In this document: positions 14,890 through 25,046 of the stretch, one piece after another
How the letters are laid out: every line of letters begins with the position of its first letter
How positions within the stretch are numbered: position 1 is the first letter of the stretch
From: Candidatus Binataceae bacterium
Lineage (GTDB): Bacteria; Desulfobacterota; Binatia; Binatales; Binataceae
Assembly: GCA_035506935.1 (NCBI GenBank)
Contig: DATJOQ010000336.1
Location: 1-32,620, forward strand
DNA length: 32,620 nucleotides
Direction: 5' to 3'
Translations under genes and position numbers: made by a program
The notes under the pieces: model-generated
What the model was told of the DNA's origin: nothing
What the model saw: the letters and a program-made list of their open reading frames with translations, nothing else
Database searches by the model: none

Positions 14890-16653
14890 CTAAAGATCGA
14901 GCACGATATCGTCCTTGGGTTGAGAGCAGCAGATCAGCACGTTGCCATCGGCTGGCGGCTCGACCGGTTGCAGCTGATAGCTGACGGCGCCGGCCAGAAG
15001 GGCCGTCTCGCAGTTGTGGCAGACTCCCGTGCGGCATGACCATCGCACCGGCACATCGCATGCCTCGGCAAGTTCGAGCAGGCTGTGGAACGGCGCACCC
15101 CATCGGACGTTGAGCCCGACGCGCGCGAAGGACACCAGCGGTCCCGAGCCAACCGGCCCTGGCGGCAGATGGGGCGGCTTCTGTGGGCTCGCGGCGACAC
15201 CGGGCGTGAAGGACGGTCCCGCCCCGAACATTTCGGTATGAATGCGATCGCGCGACACCCCCAAGCCCGCGAGTCCGGCCGACAAGTCAGCCATAAAAAC
15301 CGCCGGGCCACACATGTAGAAATCGGCATCGCGCGGCACACCCAATTCGACCAGCACGGCAGCGCCGAGATGGCCGCGAGCGTCATAATCGACGCCAATC
15401 CGATCTCCAGGACCCGGCGCGCTATAGCAGACGTGACTATGAGCGCCAGCTAACTCCTTGAGTGCCGCCCGCACCTCTTCGGCAAACGGATGCTCCCCGC
15501 GATCCCGTGCGCCATGCAGCCACCAGACCTGCCTCGACGACCTTCCCGCGGCCAGCGCATGCAGCATCGCAAGCACAGGTGTCACGCCGATACCGGCGCT
15601 CAGAAAAACCACTGACCCGTCGCCCGGATGCAACGTGAAGCCGCCGCGCGGCGCCGCCAGCTCGATAATGTCGCCGGGTCGGACCTCGTCAGCGATATAC
15701 GCTCCAGCCACACCGCCCACGTTGCGTTTGACGCTGATACGGTAGTGAGCCTCGCTCGGCTCGCCCGAGAGCGAATAGCTGCGCAGCAGAGGAGATGCGC
15801 CCGCTGTCGGCCGCAGACGCAACACAACGAACTGCCCCGGCAGTCCAGCCGGCAGAGATCGTCCGTCCGCGGGCTCGAGCTGAAGCGACGTCACGCTGAT
15901 GCTTTCACGCGTCTTGCCAGTTACCCGCAGCGGCCGAAATCCCGCCCACGCCGGCTTTGCGCTACCCGCCCCGATAAGCCCGGCATTGCCGCTCTTCGCG
16001 CCCGGACTCCGCGCCTGTTCCAGCAGCGCTTTGAACGATTCGTGCCAGCCGCTGCTCAACGATGGAATGCGCAACGCTCGCTCGAGCCGGTCTGCCGGAT
16101 GACCGGGCTTGTACAAAAGCGCATCCACCTCGGCGATCGTCATGCCCTCGGCTCCTTGCACCACCCGCACGATCTCGTCGCCCGCTCCGACTTCGCCCTC
16201 CTCAACCACACGAAAATAGAAACCGGGCCTGCCGTGCGAGACCAGCAACGCGGCCATTCGCGGCTCATTCGTCCGGATGCCGACCCGGAAGCAGGTAACA
16301 CGCGGCTGAGTCACCTCGAACAACGCGCTCCCGACCCGGTAGCGATCGCCGATGCAGACCTGGTCGTCGGCTAGGCCCTCGACCGTGAAGTTCTCGCCGA
16401 ATGCTCCGTATGTGAAGTCGCTTCGTCCGAGTTGTTTTTCCCAGTAGCGATACGATTCGATCTGATACACGAAGACAGCGCGATGTTCGCCGCCATGCCC
16501 GGCCAGATCACCCTGACCGTCGCCATCGATATTGAGCCGCCGCACCATGCGCCGGCCCTGCACCGGCTCCTTCCATACCGCGGTGTGGACCGTCCGTCCC
16601 TGCCAGCTGACGTCGCGGGGAAGTCCCACGTTCAAGGACAGCAGGCGCGCCAT
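14890..16653 (-). CDS. MOSC domain protein fused to an FNR-like flavin reductase and a 2Fe-2S ferredoxin domain
   Basis: The MOSC N-terminus includes the conserved Cys context QPRVTCFRV. The FAD motif RSYSLS and the NAD(P) motif SAGIGVTP are present. The C-terminal cluster is CRTGVCHNCE. I prefer the ATG at 16653; a GTG at 16656 is also possible. Confidence 0.87.
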   Translation of the reverse strand: MARLLSLNVGLPRDVSWQGRTVHTAVWKEPVQGRRMVRRLNIDGDGQGDLAGHGGEHRAVFVYQIESYRYWEKQLGRSDFTYGAFGENFTVEGLADDQVCIGDRYRVGSALFEVTQPRVTCFRVGIRTNEPRMAALLVSHGRPGFYFRVVEEGEVGAGDEIVRVVQGAEGMTIAEVDALLYKPGHPADRLERALRIPSLSSGWHESFKALLEQARSPGAKSGNAGLIGAGSAKPAWAGFRPLRVTGKTRESISVTSLQLEPADGRSLPAGLPGQFVVLRLRPTAGASPLLRSYSLSGEPSEAHYRISVKRNVGGVAGAYIADEVRPGDIIELAAPRGGFTLHPGDGSVVFLSAGIGVTPVLAMLHALAAGRSSRQVWWLHGARDRGEHPFAEEVRAALKELAGAHSHVCYSAPGPGDRIGVDYDARGHLGAAVLVELGVPRDADFYMCGPAVFMADLSAGLAGLGVSRDRIHTEMFGAGPSFTPGVAASPQKPPHLPPGPVGSGPLVSFARVGLNVRWGAPFHSLLELAEACDVPVRWSCRTGVCHNCETALLAGAVSYQLQPVEPPADGNVLICCSQPKDDIVLDL

Positions 16654-16880
16654 CACGCCACCCCTTCGTCTTGATCGATCAGAACGACGGCGGCGTCGGA
16701 TTTGCGAATACCCATGTCCCTGATCCTTTTGAAATCAAGAGCACAAATTTCCGGCCTGTCGAGGATACGGTACTTGACGATACGATGAATTTACCATTCT
16801 AGATCAATACGTTACCATTGCTCCGAACAACAGGTGGGGGATAGCGGTATGTGGGGTTCGCGCAATTTGGGAATAGCGAG

Positions 16881-18329
16881 ATGATAGTACGCAGTCGCTA
16901 CGCGCCGAGCCCCACCGGCTCGCTTCACATCGGCAACGTCCGCTCCGGCCTGTTCGCCTACCTGTTCGCACGCCATCACGGTGGCGTCTTCATCCTGCGC
17001 GTCGACGACACCGACCAGGAGCGTTCGACCAAGGAGTCGCTCGAGGAAATTATCGCGAGCCTCAAGTGGCTTGGCCTGGATTGGGACCACGGGCCGCCCG
17101 ATCCCGCTTACTTCCAGTCCAATCGCTTCGACCGCTATCGCGAGAGTGCGATTCGCCTTCTGCGCGAAGGCAAAGCCTATCCCTGTTACTGCAGCGCCGA
17201 GGAACTCGAGGCCAGGCGCCGGCAAGCCGAGCGCGAAAAGCGCAAGCCCGGCTACGACGGCACCTGCCGCGACAAGCCATACGCTTCCGACCTCCAGCTT
17301 CCCGACAAGCGTGCCGGCCGCAATTACACCATCCGCTTTCGCTCGCCGCACGAAGGCGAAACCGTGGTCGACGATCTGGTCAAGGGCCGTGCGGTTTTCT
17401 TGAACAGCGAGCTCGACGATCTCGTAATCGTCCGCTCCGACGGCGTGCCCACCTACAACTTCGCCACCGTCATCGACGACGCCGATTTCGAAATCACCCA
17501 CGTCGTTCGCGGCGACGATCATCTGCCCAACACCCCGCGCCAGATGCAGATCTTCTACGCGCTCGGCCTCACGCCGCCGGCCTACGCTCATCTGCCGATG
17601 GTGATGGGGCCCGACGGCAAGCCGCTCTCCAAGCGCCACGGCGTCACTTCGGTCTTCGCCTATCGCGACGCCGGTTTTTTTCCCGAGACCCTGGTCAACT
17701 ATCTCGCGCGTCTGGGATGGTCCTACGGCGACCAGGAGATTTTCTCCAGGCAGGAGCTTATCGACCACTTCGATTTCTCCGGCTGCGGCAAATCGCCCGG
17801 CATCTTCAACTCCGAGAAGATGCTGTGGCTGAATTTCCATTACCTGAAACAGCGCACTCCGGCCGAGCTCGCGCGCGAGGTGACGCCCTTTATCGAGCGC
17901 CGCGGTTACAAGATTCCCGGCGATCAGGCCTGGCTCGAAAAGATGGTCGCGACCTTGCGCGAGCGCGCCAAGACCCTGGTCGAACTGGTCGACTTCGCGC
18001 ATTTTTATCTGAGCGACGACATCCAGCTTGATCAGAAGGCGGCGGCCAAATTCCTCAAGCCCGACATCGCCCAGCCGCTCGAATTACTCGCCGCCGAACT
18101 GGATTCGCTCGGCGCCGATTTCAACGACGCAACCATTCAGGCCGCCTTCGAGCGCGTGCTGGCGAAGTCCAATCTGAAGCTCGGCCAACTCGCCCAGCCG
18201 GTGCGAGTAGCGCTGACCGGCGGCACCGTGAGCCCGGGAATCTATGAAGTGATCGCGGTGCTCGGCAGGGAGCGAACCGTTAACCGCCTCAAGCACGCGC
18301 TCTCCGCGATTGCCAACTCCGCTCACTAG
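16881..18329 (+). CDS. gltX: glutamate--tRNA ligase
   Basis: The start is placed at MIVRSRYAPSPTGSLHIGN, which contains the HIGH motif. The KMSKS-type motif PLSKRHG is present. The length from the ATG at 16881 is about 482 aa. Confidence 0.94.
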   Translation: MIVRSRYAPSPTGSLHIGNVRSGLFAYLFARHHGGVFILRVDDTDQERSTKESLEEIIASLKWLGLDWDHGPPDPAYFQSNRFDRYRESAIRLLREGKAYPCYCSAEELEARRRQAEREKRKPGYDGTCRDKPYASDLQLPDKRAGRNYTIRFRSPHEGETVVDDLVKGRAVFLNSELDDLVIVRSDGVPTYNFATVIDDADFEITHVVRGDDHLPNTPRQMQIFYALGLTPPAYAHLPMVMGPDGKPLSKRHGVTSVFAYRDAGFFPETLVNYLARLGWSYGDQEIFSRQELIDHFDFSGCGKSPGIFNSEKMLWLNFHYLKQRTPAELAREVTPFIERRGYKIPGDQAWLEKMVATLRERAKTLVELVDFAHFYLSDDIQLDQKAAAKFLKPDIAQPLELLAAELDSLGADFNDATIQAAFERVLAKSNLKLGQLAQPVRVALTGGTVSPGIYEVIAVLGRERTVNRLKHALSAIANSAH

Positions 18330-18370
18330 TCGAAACCGCTCCGGATTCACAAATCGTCTTTCGCGCCGCT

Positions 18371-18391
18371 CGGGAAAATGATTTTTTCCCG
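18371..18391 (+). terminator. weak hairpin after gltX
   Basis: CGGGAAAA (18371-18378) pairs with TTTTCCCG (18384-18391) around a 5-nt loop. It starts 42 nt after the gltX stop. No separate T-run follows. Confidence 0.3.
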
Positions 18392-18630
18392 ACGCATTCT
18401 CGTCTCAACATCGGGGCATTGACTAAGACAATGAGGCAATTCGGCCGGCAACCCTGGTGAGACGAATCCGCTACAAGCTGGCACTGAAATATATTCGATC
18501 GGCTAATTCGCTCGGCACCGCCCGATTAGTGTTTCAATTTAAGACATCACCAACATGGCATAGCTTGTGCTCGAAAGTGCTCGCATGTTTCTGAGCGCGG
18601 AGGCCCAATAATCGGACCATTGCCAGGCGA

Positions 18631-21600
18631 ATGCTCCGCAGCGAACACGTGAAGATCTCACCAGCTATTCTCACCGCCGCCAGCCGCGGGCCCGCGGCCG
18701 CTGACAAGATTAGCGGCTCCGCGCTCGACACCGAGCACACCGAAGCCCAGCTCCATGTGCGCCGCGGGCTGCTCGCGTTGTTCGCCCTCCAGTTTCTCTA
18801 CCTGGCTGCCGACCTCGGCACTCGCTCCGGCCACGCTCTGCAGCTGCTCGGCTTCGGCGTCGCCAACCTGATGCTGCTGGCGCTGGCCTTCGCCTACACC
18901 TTCACCGCCGGCTTTGGGCGCGGATGGCGATGGGTCACTCTGGCGTCCTGCCTCGCCCTTCTCACCACCGGCGCGCTCAGCAGCATGGTCACGCGCGACG
19001 GCGGATGGAATATCTTCATCGTCATTTTGTTTTCGCTCGGATGCAGCGTCTGGATTCCGTGGGGCCCGCGATGGCAAGGACTGCTGAACTTCTTTTGCCT
19101 CGCATCTCTGATAATCGCCTCCGGCTACGGCGCCAACGACGACCCCCTGGTCTGGTATCAGTGGATCGTCTTGCTGGGCGCCTTGATGCTCTCGCCGATC
19201 GCCGCCTGGTATCTCGATCTCTACCGCCGCCACACTCGCGGCATCGAGGCCCGCACCCGCGCGATCATCGACGGCGCCTTCGACGGCATCATCACGATGG
19301 ACGTCGACGGGATCGTCACCGGATGGAATCGCAAGGCCGAAAGCGTCTTCGGATGGTCGCGCGACGAGGTCGTCGGACGCCATTTTCTCGAACTCGCCAT
19401 CTCCAAAGAGGACTGCGCCTTTCTCGCCGATAGCTTGAGAGATTCTGCCAGCTCCGAGCGCTTGCTTCCGCTCGACCAGGTGCTCGAGCTCACCGCGGTC
19501 CATCGTGAGGGACGGCGCTTCCCGCTCGAGCTCGCCTTCTCCGAAGTCCATTCCGAGGGCCGCAGCTTCTTCGTCGCCTTCGCCCGCGACATCACCGAGC
19601 GCAAATGGGCCGAGGAGCAACGCGCGCTGCTGGCTTCGATCGTGGAATCAGCCGAAGACGCCATCTTCAGCGTCACCCTCGAAGGCGTCATCAATAGTTG
19701 GAATCCCGGCGCGGAGAAGCTTTACCACTACGCCACCGACGAGATTATCGGCCGTCCCTCTAGCATCCTGGTCCCCGCCAGCATGCTCGCCCAGGGCCGC
19801 GAGTTGATGGAACGGCTGGCGCGCGATGAACGCGTCCAATTCGTCGAAACCCGGCGCAAGCGCAAGGACGGCAGCCTGGTCGACGTTTCTCTGACCGCCT
19901 CTCCCATCTACAACGACTCGGGAAGACTCGCCGGCGTCGCCGTCATCACCCGCAACATCTCCGAGCAAAAGCGGGTCGAGCGCGAATTGCGCGAGAGCGA
20001 GGAGAAGTTCCGCAAAATCTTCGCCGCCAGCACCGAAGTGATAACCATCAATTCCCTGGCCGACGGCAAATACGTCGATATCAATCCGCAGTTCGAAAAA
20101 ATCATGGGTTACTCGCGCGATGAAATTATCGGCCGAACACCGCGCGAGATGGGCGTATGGGCCAGCGACGTCGACCTCGCCAAAATAGTAAAAACCCTCG
20201 AATCCCAGGGATACGTTCGCGATTACGAAGCCGACTTCATTACCAAGGGCGGCCGGCTGCGTTCGGGATTATTCTCCGGCGTGCTGATTAAGTTCGCCGA
20301 CCAGCTCTGCGTGCTTTCATTTTGCCGCGATATTACCGAGCGCAAACAGGCCGAATTGGAACTGCGCGAGAGCGAGGAGACCTTCAGACGCATCTTCGAC
20401 GCCAGCACCGATATCATCACCCTCAACACCTTTCCCGAGGGCGCCTACGTCGCCGTCAATGAAGAGTTCTGCAAACTCACCGGCTACGAGCGCGAAGAGG
20501 TAATCGGCAGAACCACCAGGGATCTGCAGGTCTGGGCCAACAAGGACCAGGCCAGATCTTCGCTCGAGGAACTCGACGCCAACGGTATCGTCCGCAATCA
20601 CGAGATCGATTTCAGGACCAAAAACGGAACCACCGTCGCCTGCCTGTTCTCCGCGGTGGTGATGAATTTCCACGGTCAGCGATGCGTGCTCTCGTTCGTG
20701 CGCGACATCCGGGAGCTCGTGCGCGCCGAGCAGACCCGCTCATTGCTCGCCGCGATCGTGCAATCCAACGACGATTCCATCCTTAGCGGCGATTTGAACT
20801 GGAATATCACCAGCTTCAACTCGAGCGCGGAAAAACTCTACGGTTACTCCGCCGACGAGATCCTGGGCCATAGGCTCGACGTTCTCATCCCTCCGGACCG
20901 CCTCGACGAAATCCGAAAGTTCCGCGCGAGCCTCGCTACCCATAGCGGCGTCCAACACTTCGAGAGCCAGCGCCGCCGCAAAGACGGCAGCCTGTTCGAC
21001 GCCTCGATTACCATGTCGCCAATTTACAACCAGGCCGGTGCGGTGGTCGGCGTTTCCGCGATTACCAAGGACATCACCGAGCGCAAACGCATCGAGCGCG
21101 AACTGCGCGAGCGCGAAGAGACTTTCAGGAAAGTGTTCGACGCGAGTCTCGATTCAATCTCGATCAACGCCGTCAGCGACGGCGCCTACCTCGCCGTCAA
21201 CGAAAACTTCATCAAGTACACCGGCTATACCCGCGACGAGGTGCTCGGCCGCACGCCGCGCGAGCTCAAGGTCTGGGCCAAGGTCGAGGATCTGAAGCGC
21301 GCGGTCACGGAGCTGAAAACCAGGGGCCTCGCCTACAATCTCGAAGCCGAGTTTGTCGCCAAAAGCGGCCTCCATTGGCCCGCGCTGTTCTCCGCCGTCG
21401 TGATTAACATCAACGACCAGCCCTGCGTGCTCTCCTTCTCGCGCGACATCACCGAGCGCAAGCGCGCCGAGCTTGACCTGATCGAGGCGCGCGAGCAGGC
21501 GCTCGCGGCGTCCCAGGCCAAGTCCGAGTTCCTTGCCACGATGAGCCACGAGATCCGCACTCCGATGAACGCGATCATCGGCATGGCCGAGCTGCTATCC

Positions 21601-23388
21601 GAGAGCTCGCTCACTTCCGAACAGCGCGGCTACGTGCGTATCGCCAGGAGCGCCGGCAACGCGCTGCTGAGCCTGATCGACAACATCCTCGACTTGTCGA
21701 AAATCGAAGGCGGCCACCTTAAGCTCGAAGAGATCGATTTCGACCTCGAGGAACTGGTCGAAGACACGGTCGAAAGTTTTGCCCTGCGCGCTCACGGAAA
21801 AGGTCTCGAGCTGCTCTACCAAATCGCGCCTGCCGCGCAATGCGGCTTCAAGGGCGATCCCACGCGCCTGCGCCAGGTGCTCGGCAATCTGATCGCCAAC
21901 GCCGTCAAATTCACCGCGCAGGGCGAATTGATGATCGGCGTCGAAAAAGATCCGCGCACCAACGGCACCGGCGGATTGCGCTTCTCCGTCCGCGATACCG
22001 GCATCGGCATCCCCGCCGCCAAGGTCCAGACCGTGTTCGAAAGCTTTACCCAGATCGATAGCTCCATCACCCGCCGCTATGGTGGCAGCGGGCTCGGCTT
22101 GACCATCTGCCGGCGTTTGGTCGAAGCGATGGGCGGTCGCATCTGGCTCGAAAGCGAGCCCGGCAAGGGCACGACCTTTTATTTCACGCTCAATCTCAAG
22201 CCGGCCTCTCGCAGCCACGCCGAAACTTCCGATCTGAAGATCGATCTGCGCGAAGTGGCGATCCTCGTTGCCGACGATAACGCCTCACAGCGCCGAATTC
22301 TCCGCGAGTTGCTCGAAACACGCGGCGCGATTGTCACTGAAGTTGATAATTACCAGGCCGCTCTCGACGAGCTGAATCGCGCCCGCAATGCCGGCGCCGC
22401 TTACCGCCTGATGCTGCTCGACGGTGGAATCGCCAGTGCTCACAACCTCGACTTCGCGGTAAGCAACGGCAACGGCGGCAGGCTGGTCGATGCCGTGATC
22501 CTCACCCTCAAAGCCTCGAATCTCAATCGCGAATTGGAGAAAGCCCGTCAATCCGGTGTCGAGCTCTATTTGGTAAAGCCGATCGCGCGTCGCGACCTGT
22601 TGCGCGCGATCGAAGCGGCCCTCGCCGAGCACAAGCCGCAGTTCGAGCAAGCTCCGCCGCCGGACGCCGGCGCTGGCTCTACCGACCTGCGCAAGCTGCA
22701 TATCCTGCTCGCCGAGGATTCCGAAGATAATCGCGTGCTGGTCGAGGCCTATTTGAAAAGTACTCCATATCAATTGGAGAGCGCCGAGAACGGCGAGATC
22801 GCCTTCACCAAGTTCACCAGCGGCAAGTACGATCTGGTCCTGATGGACATGCAGATGCCGGTGATGGATGGCTATACCGCGGTCAAAGCGATCCGCGAAT
22901 TTGAACGCGCGCAATCACTGGCCCGCACCCCGATCGTCGCGTTGACCGCTTATGCGCTCAAGGAAGAAGTTACCAAGAGCCTCGACGCCGGTTGCGACGC
23001 CCACCTGACCAAGCCAATCAAGAAGCGCACCCTGCTCGACGCCATCCAGGAAGCCACTCGCTCCCGTCCCGATAGCCCCGCGCGCAATGGCGGCAAGCTG
23101 ATCGTGGAAATCGACCCCGATCTGGCCCCGCTCTTGCCCCGATTCCTCCAACGTAAGCGGGATGATATCCTTCTCCTCCGCGACCATCTGGAGCAGCAAG
23201 ACTACGAGACGGTTCGTGTCTTAGGCCACAATATCAAGGGGGAAGGCGGGGGCTACGGTTTGGACGCGCTCACCACGATCGGCGGTTCCATCGAGGAAGC
23301 CGCCAAGATCAAGGATCCGGAACAGTTACGCTCCCTGGTCGATGCCTTGGCGACCTATCTCAATCAGGTTGAAGTGGTCTATGGCTAG
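18631..23388 (+). CDS. hybrid sensor histidine kinase: N-terminal membrane domain, 6 PAS, HisKA, HATPase_c, REC, REC, Hpt
   Basis: About 6 N-terminal hydrophobic helices precede six PAS-like modules. The H-box is SHEIRTPMN (His at codon 973 by my count). The N-box is [12 protein letters not shown], with G-boxes DTGIGIP and [12 protein letters not shown]1 has Asp 1264 in the atypical context [11 protein letters not shown]2 is canonical, [10 protein letters not shown] (Asp 1406). The Hpt motif is GHNIKGEGG (His 1533). Confidence 0.93.
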   Translation: MLRSEHVKISPAILTAASRGPAAADKISGSALDTEHTEAQLHVRRGLLALFALQFLYLAADLGTRSGHALQLLGFGVANLMLLALAFAYTFTAGFGRGWRWVTLASCLALLTTGALSSMVTRDGGWNIFIVILFSLGCSVWIPWGPRWQGLLNFFCLASLIIASGYGANDDPLVWYQWIVLLGALMLSPIAAWYLDLYRRHTRGIEARTRAIIDGAFDGIITMDVDGIVTGWNRKAESVFGWSRDEVVGRHFLELAISKEDCAFLADSLRDSASSERLLPLDQVLELTAVHREGRRFPLELAFSEVHSEGRSFFVAFARDITERKWAEEQRALLASIVESAEDAIFSVTLEGVINSWNPGAEKLYHYATDEIIGRPSSILVPASMLAQGRELMERLARDERVQFVETRRKRKDGSLVDVSLTASPIYNDSGRLAGVAVITRNISEQKRVERELRESEEKFRKIFAASTEVITINSLADGKYVDINPQFEKIMGYSRDEIIGRTPREMGVWASDVDLAKIVKTLESQGYVRDYEADFITKGGRLRSGLFSGVLIKFADQLCVLSFCRDITERKQAELELRESEETFRRIFDASTDIITLNTFPEGAYVAVNEEFCKLTGYEREEVIGRTTRDLQVWANKDQARSSLEELDANGIVRNHEIDFRTKNGTTVACLFSAVVMNFHGQRCVLSFVRDIRELVRAEQTRSLLAAIVQSNDDSILSGDLNWNITSFNSSAEKLYGYSADEILGHRLDVLIPPDRLDEIRKFRASLATHSGVQHFESQRRRKDGSLFDASITMSPIYNQAGAVVGVSAITKDITERKRIERELREREETFRKVFDASLDSISINAVSDGAYLAVNENFIKYTGYTRDEVLGRTPRELKVWAKVEDLKRAVTELKTRGLAYNLEAEFVAKSGLHWPALFSAVVININDQPCVLSFSRDITERKRAELDLIEAREQALAASQAKSEFLATMSHEIRTPMNAIIGMAELLSESSLTSEQRGYVRIARSAGNALLSLIDNILDLSKIEGGHLKLEEIDFDLEELVEDTVESFALRAHGKGLELLYQIAPAAQCGFKGDPTRLRQVLGNLIANAVKFTAQGELMIGVEKDPRTNGTGGLRFSVRDTGIGIPAAKVQTVFESFTQIDSSITRRYGGSGLGLTICRRLVEAMGGRIWLESEPGKGTTFYFTLNLKPASRSHAETSDLKIDLREVAILVADDNASQRRILRELLETRGAIVTEVDNYQAALDELNRARNAGAAYRLMLLDGGIASAHNLDFAVSNGNGGRLVDAVILTLKASNLNRELEKARQSGVELYLVKPIARRDLLRAIEAALAEHKPQFEQAPPPDAGAGSTDLRKLHILLAEDSEDNRVLVEAYLKSTPYQLESAENGEIAFTKFTSGKYDLVLMDMQMPVMDGYTAVKAIREFERAQSLARTPIVALTAYALKEEVTKSLDAGCDAHLTKPIKKRTLLDAIQEATRSRPDSPARNGGKLIVEIDPDLAPLLPRFLQRKRDDILLLRDHLEQQDYETVRVLGHNIKGEGGGYGLDALTTIGGSIEEAAKIKDPEQLRSLVDALATYLNQVEVVYG

Positions 23389-23450
23389 CTGTGCGGGGAC
23401 CGTCATATAGAGTTGAGCAGGAGTTGGGGTCGCGGAGGTGTGCCGACTCG

Positions 23451-23873
23451 ATGGCCATACGTGTTTTGATTGCAGATGATTCGATCTCCATTCGTGAGCT
23501 CTTGCGCTGGCAATTCGAGCGCCTGGGTTACGAGGTGGTGGGCGAAGCCGAAAACGCGAGCAAGTTGGTGTCTCTGTTCAGGACCCTTCGGCCCGACGTT
23601 ATTACCCTTGACTTGGTTATGCCCAATGAAGAGGAGATGGACGCGCTCACCGCGTTCAGAACCATCAAAAAAGAGGACCCCCGAGTGCCAATCCTGGTGC
23701 TCAGCGCCGTTCCTTTCAACAAAACCCGTGAGCTCTTCATGGAGGAAGGCGCCTTCGATTACGTCGTCAAACCCTTCGGCAGAAACCTCAAAGATGCTCT
23801 ACGTAAGCTGGAACGCGCTTTTCCTGAACTCAAGCCGCAGGGCCTCTTGGGCCGGGTTCGCAAATCTCATTGA
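23451..23873 (+). CDS. single-domain CheY-like response regulator
   Basis: The start is placed at MAIRVLIADDS, with GGAGG 12 nt upstream. The phospho-site context is ITLDLVMP, and LSA and VVKPF are also present. No output domain follows. Confidence 0.85.
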   Translation: MAIRVLIADDSISIRELLRWQFERLGYEVVGEAENASKLVSLFRTLRPDVITLDLVMPNEEEMDALTAFRTIKKEDPRVPILVLSAVPFNKTRELFMEEGAFDYVVKPFGRNLKDALRKLERAFPELKPQGLLGRVRKSH

Positions 23874-23932
23874 ACGGCCCCCAACGTCATAATCCGTTCG
23901 CCTCGCTCTGAACTCCGCGCAATCCTGTCTTC

Positions 23933-24157
23933 ATGAACTCCATCATCCAAAGCTGGTTCGATTTTACGCACGACAGCAAGCTGCTCGACGCCTGGTTCAA
24001 TCTATCTGACGGCAACAAACTCACGGTCTTAGCGGTTTTGGCGGGATGTATGGTCTACAGGACCACCAGGGCCGAGGGCCTTATGATGGTTCCCGTGCTG
24101 GGCGGCGCTTTCGCCGCGATGGCCTATGCGATCGTGCTCGCCCTGCGCATGCTCTAG
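23933..24157 (+). CDS. small membrane protein (two predicted helices), hypothetical
   Basis: A 74-aa ATG ORF with hydrophobic segments LTVLAVLAGCMVY and MMVPVLGGAFAAMAYAIVLAL. No obvious Shine-Dalgarno sequence is present. Confidence 0.4.
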   Translation: MNSIIQSWFDFTHDSKLLDAWFNLSDGNKLTVLAVLAGCMVYRTTRAEGLMMVPVLGGAFAAMAYAIVLALRML

Positions 24158-24298
24158 CGAGCAGTTCGAGCATTACGGATCGTGAGCGAGACCAGAATTA
24201 CGCCAGCACCCGCAATCCTGATGCTCTTCCAACTGTGGCAAATCAAAACTAAGATCCAGGCCAACCGCGCGCGCACGGACTTGGACGCAGATTAAAAA

Positions 24299-24841
24299 TT
24301 ATCGCTTTTTGCTTCTTTTCCCGACGCGCTTTTTTCGCCCATCGGTCTTCACCGATGCGCCCCCGTCCTTCTGGCCCTCGTCCATCCCGCGCCTTCCGAT
24401 CGCGCTCATCGCTTTCAACGATTCCCCCGCGAGCTTCTGAAACGCCATCGCCAGGTTTCTGGCCGAGTCCGCAAACGCCTTCTGCTGCGTTCCGATCGCT
24501 TCGAGCGCGGCCTCGCGGAATTGATTACTCAACTGCGCCATCGGCATCTCGCTCAAGCCTTGCTTGAGCGCGGGCGCCGCCCGCCGCATCGCCTCTCGTT
24601 GCGCATCGAACGCCTGCTCCAATCCTTTGCGCAAGCGCTCGCTCGAATCTCGGAAGCTGCTCGTCAATCGCCGATTGAATTCTTCAAGGCTCGGCGACAT
24701 CTTGAGCGTTTTTTCGATCGTCTGGCGCTGCGCTTCGAGTCCCTTCTCGAAATGCTGATTGAAGCGCATGCTCGCTTCGCGAAATGCTTTCGTTAGATTC
24801 TGGCTGAATTGGTCGAAGGCGTTGATACTCTTCTTGGCCAT
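24299..24841 (-). CDS. helical, phasin-like hypothetical protein with a Lys/Arg-rich C-terminal tail
   Basis: ATG at 24841 has GGAGGAAATA immediately upstream. Amphipathic helical segments repeat (FREASMRFNQHFEKGLEAQ, FRDSSERLRKGLEQAFDAQ, FREAALEAIGTQQKAF). The tail reads KTDGRKKRVGKRSKKR. Confidence 0.62.
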   Translation of the reverse strand: MAKKSINAFDQFSQNLTKAFREASMRFNQHFEKGLEAQRQTIEKTLKMSPSLEEFNRRLTSSFRDSSERLRKGLEQAFDAQREAMRRAAPALKQGLSEMPMAQLSNQFREAALEAIGTQQKAFADSARNLAMAFQKLAGESLKAMSAIGRRGMDEGQKDGGASVKTDGRKKRVGKRSKKR

Positions 24842-25046
24842 ATTTCCTCCTTGATCGCCGGTATGCGGTGAACCCACAAACTCCGTGCAGGTTCCAGAAT
24901 CTCGACCGGCTGCGAACGAATCGAATCAGGCGGACACGATCCCGTAAGCCCAACTGAATCTAAACTCGCGCAAGCGTGGCATCGCGTCAAGCAAGCGCTC
25001 TCGACCGAGCGTGCTTACTCGCGGCAAAAGTTCTAAGATTCGACCC

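Noticed and set aside
16812-18002. 396-aa minus-strand ORF, plus the 321-aa + strand alternate-frame ORF, over gltX
   Set aside because: gltX is unambiguous (HIGH and KMSKS-type motifs). The others are Arg/Gly/Ala-rich shadow ORFs.
18658-19620. 320-aa minus-strand ORF antisense to the 5' part of the hybrid kinase
   Set aside because: It is a shadow ORF within a gene that has clear membrane and PAS features on the + strand.
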